Both the position numbers and the translations under genes were made by a program. From Raillietiella orientalis (taxonomy: Eukaryota), in contig JAYWIR010000002.1 in NCBI GenBank assembly GCA_036172245.1, positions 6,386,001-6,450,000 on the forward strand: a DNA stretch of 64,000 nucleotides. Reading direction: 5' to 3'. This document shows positions 14,600-26,639 of this stretch, piece by piece; positions within the stretch are counted from its first letter, which is position 1; each line of letters opens with the position of its first letter. A model generated the notes under the pieces. It searched no databases, was not told where the DNA came from, and saw only the letters and a list, made by a program, of their open reading frames with translations.

Positions 14600-14970
14600 T
14601 CCAGAGAACAACGCTGAAGTAATGTGTACGCCAAACACGTACGCCGGTGACTGCTCTTTCAAAGTGGTGGGGCAGCAACGATGCTTGCAGAGAATCCTGA
14701 GATCTTGGAATGCGTGATGCAAGAAATATTTCCGGAAACGCAGTGTTGGGAATGCACAGAGAAAACGCGTGGGTACAAAATCGGGAATTCGCAGGTCGAG
14801 TGCCGTAAGCTTGCGATGGAAGAGCCAGAAGACAGTGTCACCGAAAATGCCCGTTCATGCTTGAATGCCGCCAGTTCACGAGCAGGAATTGTGGGGGACT
14901 GCGGGGTTCCTAATGGAAGCGTGATTTTCAGATTTCTCCCGCAAATGATCCAGAAGGAAAGCATAATAAT
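14600..14970 (+). mobile_element. Possible hAT transposase remnant
   Basis: KWW..RCLQRILRSWNA resembles hAT TRW.S...C..RIL..W.AL; a second weak hAT-like stretch lies at ~16600-16900. Confidence 0.25.
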
Positions 14971-17900
14971 TTGATCTTCATAAATGGTTAGCAATTAGAG
15001 ATTTGTCGATTTCGAGATTAGTGTTCGTGTGCATAATTTGTATCTCCTTGGGTTACTTCCTTGGGACGGGATGCAATCAAGGATCGATAGTTGCTGAATC
15101 CAGGAATTATCTCCATCAACTAGAAGTGCTCTTGAACTTTTAAAGCGAGTGAAAATAGACAAAGGGACCGACACAGCGTGGGAGGTCAAGTCGACTATCC
15201 TGATTTAAGCTTATTAGGTGGTCACGCGCTTTAAATAGGTAAATCACAAGGGTTCGTCAGTAGACGCAGCTGACTGATGGAACAAACAAATGAGACATGA
15301 GGTTTGGGCTCACTGAGAATGATGCGTGCTCCCAGTGGGAAGTAGGGTTTGTACCTGCTCACTTGGAATCACCGTGTCGGTCAGCTGCCCTGCAGTCTAT
15401 CCACCGATGGGCACCGTCGTGCGAAAGAGCTTCCTCTCTACTGGTCGGCGACCATGGTTTCTTTCATGTGTGGAAACAGAGCTGCAGTTAACAGCACAGA
15501 TCCATAAGAGAGAGGACGTGTCCAGGTGAGAAAACATAAAGAAAACACTTTTGCCTCCGCGCTCATACAGAACACCATCTGAATGGGGCGCCAAGCTCTT
15601 CCTAAATAGGTGAGTGGCTTATGCGACAGGAGGCCGTTTCGGTGCGAGGTCGATGTTGGAACCACGCTCGTGTGCCTTCCATGATGAAACGGACTCTTTC
15701 AATTTTCGGACAATTTTGCAGATCTAATTCAATTTCTTTGATTTTGAGAATCAGCGTACGCATGTCGTTTTGGTAGCCGACGTCTCACCGGCTCCTTGAA
15801 CCTTAAAGGAAAAAGAAAATACTTCGCTCATCACGTGGTTCTCGAGATAATCCCCATTATGAGTACGGAAGATCTTTCTGTGAAATTCCAGCGGCTCCAT
15901 TTACTAGCAAACGGTTTCAGCTTTGCTAATTTCTCCTCTTTTGTTAAGTGCACCGCTGTAGCTCGTTCCTCGGAAGAGATTTTTTTTTTGGCCTTCGTCG
16001 GGAGATGTGCTCATGTGTAAAGTGGCTACAAAGTTTTCTCGGAGCAACGGATATCCGTTCGTAGTGCCAAACGCAGCGAACTACTTAGAGAATTTCAGAG
16101 ACGTCCGTCTAAATTAAGTAACCAAAAAAAGGATGAAGAGCGATCAGGGTGTCTTACGTTGGATAACCAGAAAAGGAGACTGTCTTGTGAAAGGCAGCTC
16201 ATATTCCGCGAAGCTGTGTCTCGCAGACATCGCTTACGGGGGTGGAAAAGACACCTGAGAGAAAAATACCACTCTCTGCAGAATGCACGTCGAAAGCAAC
16301 GAGCCAAGGCAAATGGATCGATGCGAACAGAATTCGGATTGAGGAAGCACGAAATTTTTCACCTGCTCCTGCCAACCAAACGTTCTCCAAATGTACAGAG
16401 GCCGCAGCTGAGATAGTCAGGGCTCGAGCAGTAGGGAAAAGGCTTCGAGCTGTTTTTGCATTTCCATTCCAAGAGGTTTCTACTTTCCTCCCTCTCTTCT
16501 CCCCCCCCCCCCTCCGTCCTTTCAAATGCCAGCGGCGACTCGAAAAATCCTTTCCAATTTGGTCTCTGCTTTGTGTCTTGTCCAAGCTATTGCATGGTGT
16601 GCTCGGAGTTTGAATGACTATGAATAACCGTTCAGAAGCTCTTGAAGAATGGTAGGAGATCAAACCAGAATTGAAAGACGAACCCGAAGCAAGAAGCAGT
16701 GTTAACAGTAAAGGGGTGAACTGACCATGCATAAGACACATCTAGAAAGCAACATTTGTGGGATCAGGGATAATTTGCCTGTGGAATGCATCCAGACAGG
16801 AGCGAAAAAAGCCAATAGAAGATTGGTAACTACAAGACGTGAATGACGGGCACAACCACTTAGGAAGCTTCCGAAAAAGCGATGCTTTAAGTACTGAAAG
16901 AACGAAAACACAGGGCATCCTAAGACCAGAAATAAAACTGGGAGAAGCAACAGCAACACATTTCGTACTTGTTGTTGGTAAAGGAGGTGAGGGAATCTTG
17001 CTTATTTGCTGCTGAGGCTAACGAGCTATTTGCTTAGGGTCCAAGCCCTTTTCTTGCACTCCTCGTGACTGACCGTGAAAGTGCCTCAGCTCGTCGCGAC
17101 ACTTCGAGCTAAACAGAGACCTCAATTTCAGCAGCCACTTCTTGCAGCCACTTTGGTGTTCTCATTTTGGGTGCTTCGGACGAATGCAATAAGCAAAAAG
17201 AAGTGCTGCCTTCTTGATTCAGTAAGCCGGATGACTGAAGTCCCAGAGCAACAGCTTCTTTTTCCTTGGGGAAGGAAGGGGAGGGGGGATGGATGAGTTC
17301 ATTGCGTAGAATGTTGCACACCATCCACGGAAGAGCTTACCACGTGCGATCCTTTATCCTGGTCCGCAACGTGACGTCGACTTTCGGTTTCGTTTCCTCG
17401 CGTACGAGTGTCCTAATTCTCCTCTTGCAGGAAAATTCGGCTTCTTCAGCACGGTTTGGCCCGGAGTCATCAAACCTGGTCGCTCGAAAAAAAACGTTTC
17501 TGAGGTCAGTTTCCGTACCCGGTTAATTTCGTTTCGCCAATCTCGCTCCTTCTTGCGTGTTTGCTTCCAGGGAAATGAAACCCTGCGATCAGGAACGCCG
17601 GAGTAAACCGGCAGCGGGACGCATCTTCACGCCGGTCCACTAACGTGGCACAACATTTGCTCCCTTATCATACATTCCTCGTAAGTCTCATTCGGCACGG
17701 GAACGGTCAGCCGGCTGATCTTTTCTGTTTCTGAAATGGAGCTGTCCGATTGGCATCCAGTCGAGGGATTCTGGAGCTGTCGGCTAGGTGCATCCAGACC
17801 GTAGTTCGTTTCCCCAAGGATTGGTTCCGAAAAAAAAAAAAAACTGAGCTACTCTGAAAGCTTCCTAGGAAATCCGCCCTCACTAAAATGATTTTCGTAT

Positions 17901-17999
17901 CGGATTGCTGCACGCTTTTTTCGAAGTAACCCATGCGCCTCACCATGGAAATCGGTTGCGTCTACCTCATCCCGTTTCCAAGGGAAAAACCCCTCACCG

Positions 18000-18800
18000 C
18001 CGCTCCGTATGCCTTTCCTGAGGCGGAAATTAGATGGATGATGGACACCACGAGGTATCCTAGAAGAGGGTGAACTTCAATGGAGATGATGGGAGTCACA
18101 TTCGCAGATGCCGCAGGTCCCCTCTACTCAAGGGGGCTCGAAGATGCTGGTTCAGGGAGGCAGCAGTGTTTCGCTGCTCCTTTTGCTCATGACCAAACGG
18201 GAAAGAAAAACCTTTACTGCTCACTTACCCCCCCCCATTCCCTCCTCCTCCCTTCCTGCCTGGAATCTAAGCTGGGGCTACGAAGACGCCGCAACGCAGT
18301 AGCCGGAACGGACATCTTCGACGACTGCCTTCGTCCTCTATAAAGAGCGGTGGTGAAGAGCACGTCCTCTACCTCTGCGAAACGCATCGCCGTCCGCCTT
18401 GCGAAGAGCAGGCTCGCTGCACGTCCCCTCGCGAGGAGGGAACCGCAGTTCCTCTATCCCCCGGGAACAATTCCGATCGACGGGGAAGCTCCCCATACGC
18501 AGAGCAAAATCGAATTCTCAGGGATTCCCGCGAATGGGCCCATCGCCGACCGGCGGTTCTCAGAAACAACCCGCTCGAGGCCGGGTCAAGAGGAAGCGCG
18601 TCCTCCGGGACGCTCTTGTGAGATCTCAGTTGAGAGGAAACGGCCTGCAGGAGGCGGAGCGGAGAGCCTCGGCGACCGTGCCGTCTCGATGATGCATCGT
18701 TCCTTCCGCCTCGTCCCTTTCCATCCGGCGCAGGCCAACTCAAAAAGTGGAGATTTCTCCAGCCAAGATGACGTGCCGGTCTCCAGCAAAGAGGCGTCGG
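18000..18800 (+). mobile_element. Decayed Gypsy (K02A2.6/Mag-like) RT-RNase H fragment
   Basis: Colinear motifs: TFADAAGPLYSRGLEDA (cf. LFA.L.GG..FSKLDL..A), KKNLYCSLTP, GTDIFDDCL (YxDD position), VRLAKSRL...YPPGTIPIDGEAP, LVPFHP...GDFS. Confidence 0.55.
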
Positions 18801-19149
18801 TGCTGGAACGTTCGACCCGACTTGCCGGTCTCCCAGATCTTCGGTCTTCCCATCGACATCAATCTTCCGCTTTTTAACACCCTGCCTTAATGAGTTGTGA
18901 TCTGGAAAGATTCGGAATCTCACTCCTGGTGTCGGGGAGGGTTTTTGTGGAGTTTCCTCGGGAACAATGCAGGGAAGATTTGCTTAACTGCTGCCATTTG
19001 TTCGTGCTATCAACATTCCTCCTACCCCTCCGGCGCATCCTGAATGGAAGACGCAGCTCTTCTCAGAGGGCTGTGCATCCCATTCCCTTTTAATGATTTT
19101 TTCTTTCTTCTTCTCAGACTTCCTGGATTGGTCTCCGTCATCTCCACGT

Positions 19150-20020
19150 GCGAAATTTCTCACTCTGCTCATCTGTCTCTTACGGTCACGTCGAGCTGCC
19201 TCGGGGACCACAGCAAGGACAGATATTCGGTGAACTCTTTCCGCTTCGCCGAACTCCAGCCGACCTACGAGACGGGAACGCCTGCAGGCGGCGGAAACAC
19301 AAGACCGCTGCCCTGGGAGGGCGTCCGAGAGAACTCGCTCTCCTCCTTCACCCTCCAAGAGAAGTTTTTCGGGACCGGACGAAGTGGTCCCAGATGGTCT
19401 TCACGTCCCTCGTCTGCGGTGCCCTTCGCCCTCAGGGCAAGCGATGGCACTGACACGCCAGCGGCAGGGTGGCAGTCGCTCCCGCTCAGCATTGCAGGAG
19501 CGACCGAGCTCCCGGATGGCTGGAGGACGAACGAGCTGGTGGCGCCGACGTCGCCACTGCAGGTGAAGGGAACTCCTCCGGTGGAGCGACTACTTGACCG
19601 TGGTTCCTGCTCCCTGAAGAACCGATGGTCTCTCCTTTGGGATGTCGACACTCTGGCGTTCGTGCTGTGCTGCCGATGCTTCTTCTGCGCAGGGGTTCCC
19701 GACGCCTCGTTTCCCGGGGCATCCTCGAACCATTCCAGGTGCAGGACTATCGAACGGTTCCTACGCCTGCTTCTGTGCTTCCGGAAGTTCGTCCGGAGAT
19801 TTCCTGAGCCCTGAGAGCACGATCAAGGATTGGCTTCGGCGATTCTTCGCGCGTGGGAGTAGCAGCAGCCTGCCTCGTCCTCGCCACCGTGACGGCCCTC
19901 CATGTGCTGGGGCCTCGGTCGCAGCCAAGGGCGGTGGCCACCGGCACAGCAGTTTCCTCCGTGGGAACGGCTGCGAGGTGATCCATCTGGAGCAGGACGT
20001 TCAGCGCCGCTTCCAGGAAT
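19150..20020 (-). mobile_element. Decayed Gypsy family B fragment (gag end/protease)
   Basis: LHLEWFEDAPGN (knuckle-like), HRFF.GAGTTV (cf. RFLVDTGA), LQPSGSSV (cf. L.AANGS.I), CRWRV, TIWDHF. Confidence 0.4.
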
Positions 20021-20199
20021 GAAGGAACAGCTGGTGTCAGAGACCCCTGTCCCTACTTTTGTTTTATTTATCCATTTCTTCCTCGCCTCCTTCCTTCTCA
20101 TTGCGGACTGCCCAGGAACGTACCTGTGTGTCGGTGAACTCTCCTCTCCAAAAAAACCCTCTTCCCGTCTTCGTTTCGGGAACGGCGCTGCCAGGTTGT

Positions 20200-22400
20200 C
20201 CGCTTGTTTTCCTCTTTAAGTGGTGTCCCAGCGTGACCGTGTGGGAAACCCTGATGCGGAGATTCCGGCAAAGTGAAGGTGGGCCAAGGTCAATCCGGAT
20301 CGAGGTGGCCAATTCTCCATTCGGATGGAACCTGGCTGAAAAATTTCATCCTTCGAGGACCCAAGCGTTCGGACTGGGTCCTTTGGGAGAATCCTCGAGC
20401 CACTCCGGATCGCTGCCGGGTTCTTCCTCTTCGCAGACGCGGATCCATTCAATGACCTTCACGCCGATAGCCTCTTCATGAGATGGATGCTCCGGAAGCC
20501 TTCCTGCTGCGTCTCGCGGCTTGGCACGCTACCTGAAGAGAGCTGGTTTTTCTTCCTTCCGAGAGCCGACGCAGCCTTTTGGCTTCAAGGAAGGGCTGCT
20601 CCCACCGCTCCCTGCGGCGCACACCAAGGAGTGACCTCGGACGGCTTGCGCGCTTCCCCCGAACGGTCGGCCCTGCTTCCTTCCACGAGGGGACGACTCT
20701 CCGCTCCCCACAATGCATGCGTTCCTTTCCGCTACCGTTCGCACTTCTCTGCGAATTGCGGAGCCAGTGGGCGATTCCCTTTTTATTACTTCCAACACGG
20801 AAGTCCTCACTCCAGACCCATCAGGAGCGTCCTCTATTGCGTGGTTGCCGTTAATTCCAATAACTGCCTCCCCGCATTGCGCCCTCCTTTCCGTTTAATG
20901 GTGTTTCCCTCGCCACCGAGCCATCTCGATTGGTTCGGCTCACACGGACCAGCGCACGCTGTTGTCCCGGGTAAGAAAAGGCCGATGCCCTCGAACTCGC
21001 TGCTCCGGGGTTGTGGGCTCGCTGCTTCGTGTTTCCATCCGGCTTCAGGCCCCTTGTCTTCCTGGACAGGACCTACGAAAACGAAAATCGGCTCTTTTCT
21101 ACTTGGAAGCTGGGCTGCGGCGACCTCCATGTGAGCGACCCCCTTCCCTCCCTGGTGGACATCCGAGTGCAGGGTACTCTAAAGAACTTCCAGCGTGATG
21201 CAGGAGCGCGCCCGAACGGCGAAGAATAAAGGTCGACATTGCCAAAACAGGGTTGCTATATTCCAAAATAGAAGTTTCCGTGTGTATGTGTTTTTCCCTG
21301 AAGGGTGCAGACCCGTCGGCTGAAACACTGGATCTAAGAATTCTCGTGACCTCCAGCTGTGCCAGAGTGTGTGTCCTCACGGAACACAGAGGTGGGAGCT
21401 GGCGTTCGGTTCACTCCTCCAGGTAGGGGGCAACGCCAGAGGGACTACCCTATGGAATCTAGGAAGGTTCCAGAAGAAGGAGTTTGTTCCTCTCGCTCTT
21501 GGGAGGGAACCTTCGGTTGTCTCCGAAGATAACCCTAAAGTAAAACTTCTTCTTCATTCTCTCCGGAAGGGTGCTTCCGGAGGAGGCTACTCCTTATTTC
21601 TTCTCCAAGGGAAACTGGAAAGTATCCGCTCCTCATTTCTTCATCTGAAAGGAACCCCGAAGGGACGCTTTCCAATTTCACCGAAGGACCGCACCTCAAA
21701 AGGAGCAGTGCACTTCTGACACTTGGAAAGGAGACCCCCCCCGAGAGGAGTATCGACCAGCTCCATGATGTGACTCTTTTCGCAAGCCGATGGGAACCTA
21801 CGCTCCTTGGTTTTTGAAATAATCCCGGAGGTCGACTCCCAGTTCCAGTCAAGAGCAGCATCTGGCTTCCACCAGCGCTGCCACACCTGGAGCCCGTGAG
21901 CCAACCAGCGTCATCCTGCAGGGATGAGGGAACGCGACACCCTCCTTCTCCCCCCCGACACACCCCGTCATTCTCGGCAGGGATTCTTCACGTGTGGATT
22001 CGAACCCGCGATGCGCAGAGACCACACAGCCACCGCCGACGCGGGCAGGTGGCACTCTGGTTTCTGGCGCCTGCAAAGTAGGAAATGAGGTTCCACTATT
22101 GTGGAACAGGGTCCTCTGTGAGATGGAATGCATTCCAGAATCCGCCCCACTCTCTGCCGCAAGACGGGGGCGCCAATTAGCGAGGCACCGATCCGGATCC
22201 CAGCATCCGGCATCCCGAAGTAATCCAGGGATAGGCATTTTCGCAGAACGGAGCAGCTTCCGCTGCCACTAGCGAGCACAAAAAGACGCTCATTTTCGAC
22301 GAGACCTGGGGCAGCATCCCAAAAAGTCGAGGGAGGAGCAACACAGGAAGGCAGAAGCCAGCAGGTTCCAATCATCTTCCGTCCAAGAACAACTCCACAA
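20200..22400 (-). mobile_element. Decayed Gypsy family A element, gag-PR-RT-RH-start of integrase
   Basis: 21380-21880 is an inverted DNA homolog of 3390-3930 (shared TGGGAGTCGACCTCCGGG). Motifs AALVEARCCS, KLLFWNIAT (cf. RLGFGLNVAP) and KNPAAIRSGSR occur in Gypsy domain order. Confidence 0.55.
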
Positions 22401-22829
22401 TTAAAGAGCAATCCTCATCCGTCTGGCTTATGGGAGGGTGATTGCAAGCACGCAGAGGCTGCTGAGAATGAGACGAGCACATGAGGAAGCTCTTGGAGCA
22501 TAAAAAAACGGAAGAAGGCAAAAATCGATCCCTGCTCCTACGAGGAAGATGAATGGAAGGAGCCGCGTTGGAAAGAAAATGAAGAGAACCTTAAACCTCC
22601 CCATTGTCCTCCTTTCGTCTTTGGAAGAACCCTGCGGGAAGGGCACGTCTTCTTCCTTTGAAGGTCGAGGAAGGCTCATCTCTGAGCCGCCGCACCCTGA
22701 TAACCGCGCACGAAGTGGAGGAGAGGAGGAGGACAATTCGGAAGCGGTTCTGTGGATCCTCCGTAAATGAGTCAGGCCTCGCAACTAAGAGACATCCAAG
22801 AGACAACGCCCTCGAAAGGTCACGATGGG

Positions 22830-23300
22830 GGAAAGCCGGAAAATCGGCGTTGCAGGAACGGATCCGACCCGGTCCCACAGACTGCTGAGCGGTCGGGTGG
22901 CAGCTTCCCGTTCTAGTTTCTCGAAGGATCAGCGAGTGCTCCGGTCACGTGACCTCGTCATCGGTCCCGGAAGCGCACGGCAATCCGCAGCGAAAGAGCC
23001 GGAGGCTCCCGAAAATTCTGCGGCTCCCGAAGGAGTTGGGATCTACTCCCGAGGACCTTGGAAGCTGAATGGAAGCAGCGCACAAGAAGCGACCCCGAGT
23101 GCCCTTATCACCGCGTGCCGTTCTCGCGCCTGTCTCAAGGGAGGGAAGAAGGTCGTTCCTCCTGCCTCCGGCAAGGAGTGGCTACACCACAGGGAGTGCC
23201 CCCTTCGAAAGGCGGACGAGGCTGGAAGGACGGTGCGAGAGCGGTGCACCCAGCCACTGGGTGGCACTGCACTCCGAGGCACTGGAGCAGGCGACTTGGG
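22830..23300 (+). mobile_element. Decayed Gypsy family A integrase fragment
   Basis: ERIRPGPTDC, HGNPQRKSRRLPKI (cf. GNGIVER.HR..K.I), PPARSGYTT (cf. KP..SRCTT), SGAPSHW (cf. DG.PRHV). Confidence 0.45.
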
Positions 23301-24663
23301 AGGACGAGGAAAGATAAGGTGGTGCACAGCGCAGTGGGTCGGGTGAGGAACGCGACAGGCAATGGACCGAGCGTTCTCAACAGAACCCACGGAGCAACGA
23401 AAGGGGAAGAGAAACCACGGCCGTTTCCTGGGAACCGATGTCCAGAAAGCGCTCCTCCATCATCTCATCTCCGCTCGTTCGCTGGCCCTGTCCTTCGGTG
23501 GCCCCATTCTCGTGCTTACGGGGTTCTCCGAAGTCGCCGGAAAAGGCTCTGCCTCCTCCCCCTGCACATGACCCTACCATTCGAGAGAGCACACCTTCTT
23601 CCGGGCTCGTGATGAAAGCTGCATCGGGAAGGTTCGGGCCGGGAGTTTGATCGATAAACGCAACCGCAGACGGTGGACACGTTGACAGCAAATAATTTTC
23701 CTCTTTTCGAAAACAGCCTCCACATTTAAGACGCAAACCGATCGCGGGAGGGAGCGGATTGTCTGGAACCAGGCGTGCATGAGAAAGGGAATCAATCAAT
23801 AAACCGTCTTTTAATTCTCGGATCACCATGGTAATTTTTTGCCTCAAAAGCGGAGTGGTAGTTCGGTGTGTGTGTGTGTATGTGTTTCCCCCTTGAATCC
23901 TTCCACAATGTTCCCGGAGCACCATCGTTTCGAGCTCGCGAGGGTTCCAAGCCCCGCTTGATGACGTCTGACGACTACCTCTTCCTTCGAGTGGGAACCT
24001 GTGCTCCGTCGAAACTCTCCCGAAGGCAGATAGCACCTAAAGGGGTCCCCGCAGAACGGGAAGACGACCCTTTCTCTCTCCTTCCTCTGAGGGAGCTAAT
24101 TGGAAAATGCAGACGGGAATCGAGGGAACGAACTCCCACACCCTCCAGAAAATTTCGAATTTTTCGCTCCTTTGACGTCAGTTGCTATGGCTTTACATCT
24201 CCAGGCAGTTCCGACAGACGAGCGTTTAAGAGCAGAGTTGGTTCTTTAGCTTCGGAACAGCTGCTAACTAGCAGGGGTCCGCGACGCTCCCCCAAAAGTG
24301 ATGACTTCTAACAGAAGCGAAAGAGGGGTGACGAATTCGTCATTGCTTTCCAATCAGCACGAACCCAGCTTAGCGGAGAGGGAAGGGATACGAATGCAGG
24401 AAAGATAAAAGAGGAGGGCAGGGGATCCACAATGTCACCAACCAGCTGAAGGAGATGCGATGCCTTCGCAGCCCGCCGGTAGAGGGGATTTGCAGCGTGA
24501 GGCATGGATGGACGCGCAGGTGCGTTGGCAACCGTGATTCCCGCGCTGAGACATCCTCCATCCGGGAAGAATTTCCCAGAAAGGAGCGTCGGTAACCCGG
24601 CGCAAGCTGCGAACACACCCCGGGGTGCTTACGTCAACCATGACTACAGGTGAAGCTGGAGGC

Positions 24664-25191
24664 AATTTGAGCATCGGCGACCTCGCGTCGATGCCGGAAG
24701 CGGCAGGCGGTTGGAACGCCGGTGGACGTGGTGGTGGAAGCGGCTTGCCCTTTCTAGACGCAGGTTCGGTTCACTTTTTTTTTTTTGAATCTCTCCCGCC
24801 CCGAAAACTGGCAACGCTGCAACCAACCCGGAAGTTCGAATTACGAGAAGCAGCACTTGCTCTTCACTTCCCGTCATCTTCAGCACAGTACCAAGAAACT
24901 GTTGGTCAAGCGGCTCCTTGGGACTCGGCACAGAGTCTCAACTCAGATTATTTTCACAGGAGATGACGCAGGACGGGAGAGAAGAGGAAACACTCCCTGC
25001 TTCTCGTGCTTCGAACTTCCGGGATGAAAGTAGGGTTGCCAGTTTTCGGGGCGGGCAAGGTTAAAAAAAAGAAAAAGTTGAAAAAGAAAAGCCAACCAAA
25101 CCTGCGGCTAGAAAGAGCAAATCTCTAGTCCACCATCACATTCACTCGAGCTCCAGCCATCTGCCAGCGTTATCAGGAGACGCTCAGAATT
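24664..25191. repeat. Long imperfect inverted repeat (fold-back / MITE-like): arms ~24664-24879 and ~24961-25191
   Basis: Perfect cores CCCGCCCCGAAAACTGGCAAC (24795-24815) / GTTGCCAGTTTTCGGGGCGGG (25035-25055) and CCCGGAAGTTCGAA / TTCGAACTTCCGGG; matching T/A tracts and outer arms; ~80-bp spacer. Confidence 0.85.
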
Positions 25192-25599
25192 CACTGGGAG
25201 CGATCGGCCTTGGAAATTTCTTTTGCAAGCAGCAACAGATGATCGAGAGGTCTGCTGCTGTCTGCCATTCCGCTTATCTGCCCCGTAAGTGCACTCATCA
25301 AGGAGTAGGGTCGCATTTAGCTCTTTGCATCGGAGGCGCCTTCCGGAATGGACTGCGGAAGAAGTCCTTTAGATCCTGCGGTCCAGACACGTCGCTCCCG
25401 CGAGGTACTGCACGAGTCGTCGGCACGGTCACGCCGTGCTTCTTCGAGTGCACGCACGGTCCGCGGTCGTGCTTCAAACGGCAGCTCCTCCTTTCGGCGT
25501 GTCGAGGATGCGGAACCCGAACGGAACTGTTCGGCGTGAGATAAGAAACGGTCCAAAGCTGCCGGGGGATTTTTCCGACTAGTCACTCCGGGGCGTTTC

Positions 25600-26567
25600 T
25601 TCAGAAACGACAAACAAGTTGGGATCGCGGTTGCCAAGGGAAACCAAGAAGAAGGAGGGAGCACAAACGCGCAAGTCGGTCGCTCTACAACTCTCCGGAG
25701 AGGCTGCGATAGGGACAGTCGGCAAGCAAGCAAAGGAGGGAGTGTGGACAAGAAGAGTCTTTGGCTTCGGCCACTTCTTCCCGCTGCGAACCAGCGCTGG
25801 GCGCCGGTAATCGCCGAATGGACATCTTCGTCCGAGTGAGGTCGCCTTCCAGGTTCTCCCTCGTGAAGGAGGCTGCTGCTCTGGAGGCCTCTCTTTGCTG
25901 CTCCCGAGACTTCGGCATGTGGAGGATGCAGCATCTCTTGCCGGCACGGTGGCCTGCCGAGAGTCCGTCGGGCGCGAAGAATCGTCGCAGCAGGTCGCTG
26001 GCGGCGTATCCTCCTGGGACAGTAGCGCTGAAGGGAAGCCTCGGCCTCAGTTCGCCGAGGGAGGGCACCGCAGTCCAAAAGCAGCAGGGGCAAGAAGGAC
26101 TCGGTCGTCCCGCTCCTGGAACGATTCCGAAATGCAGCTCTCCCGGGGAAAGGAAGGTGCCGGAGCTGATTGCGTTGGAAGCCCCAGTTCAGGAAACGGC
26201 AGCACATCCCCTCAGGGATGGTCACCTTTCTTTCGACGAACGGAGCCTTTCCCTGGGAAACACCTGCCGTAGAACGTGATGAACTGGGATCGCAGGAGTT
26301 CGATGTGGCCATGCGCTCTGCAACAGTCAACAGGCACGTCTGCGCTGGAGTGGTGTTTCGAGGTGTGCGATGTAGCTGGAAGAGTTGGCTCGTGATGCAG
26401 TTCTGGAACGAGAGGCACCCAAGCCTCATGATTCCTGCAAAGCATTTGACGCAAAGGGGAACCACAGGCGTGACTTCTTTATCGTGCACCAACAGAATTG
26501 GTGTCAGACGATGATGGCCGATGTGAGCAAAGAGTCAGCAAAAACTGAATTCTGCATCCTCAAGGAA
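25600..26567 (-). repeat. Copy 2 of ~965-bp inverted duplication
   Basis: Same ORF set as 8585-9549 on the opposite strand (e.g. 8660..9565+ versus 25317..26492-). Confidence 0.9.
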
Positions 26568-26639
26568 TCTGGAATAGGACACTGAAAACAGGGATTGGAG
26601 GTTCTAGGAAGGTGGCCTTCCTGGATTCTCCAGCTCATG

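Noticed and set aside
20150..20185. KKPSSRLRFG resembling short neuropeptide F
   Set aside because: No basic cleavage residue follows G and there is no exon context; chance match.
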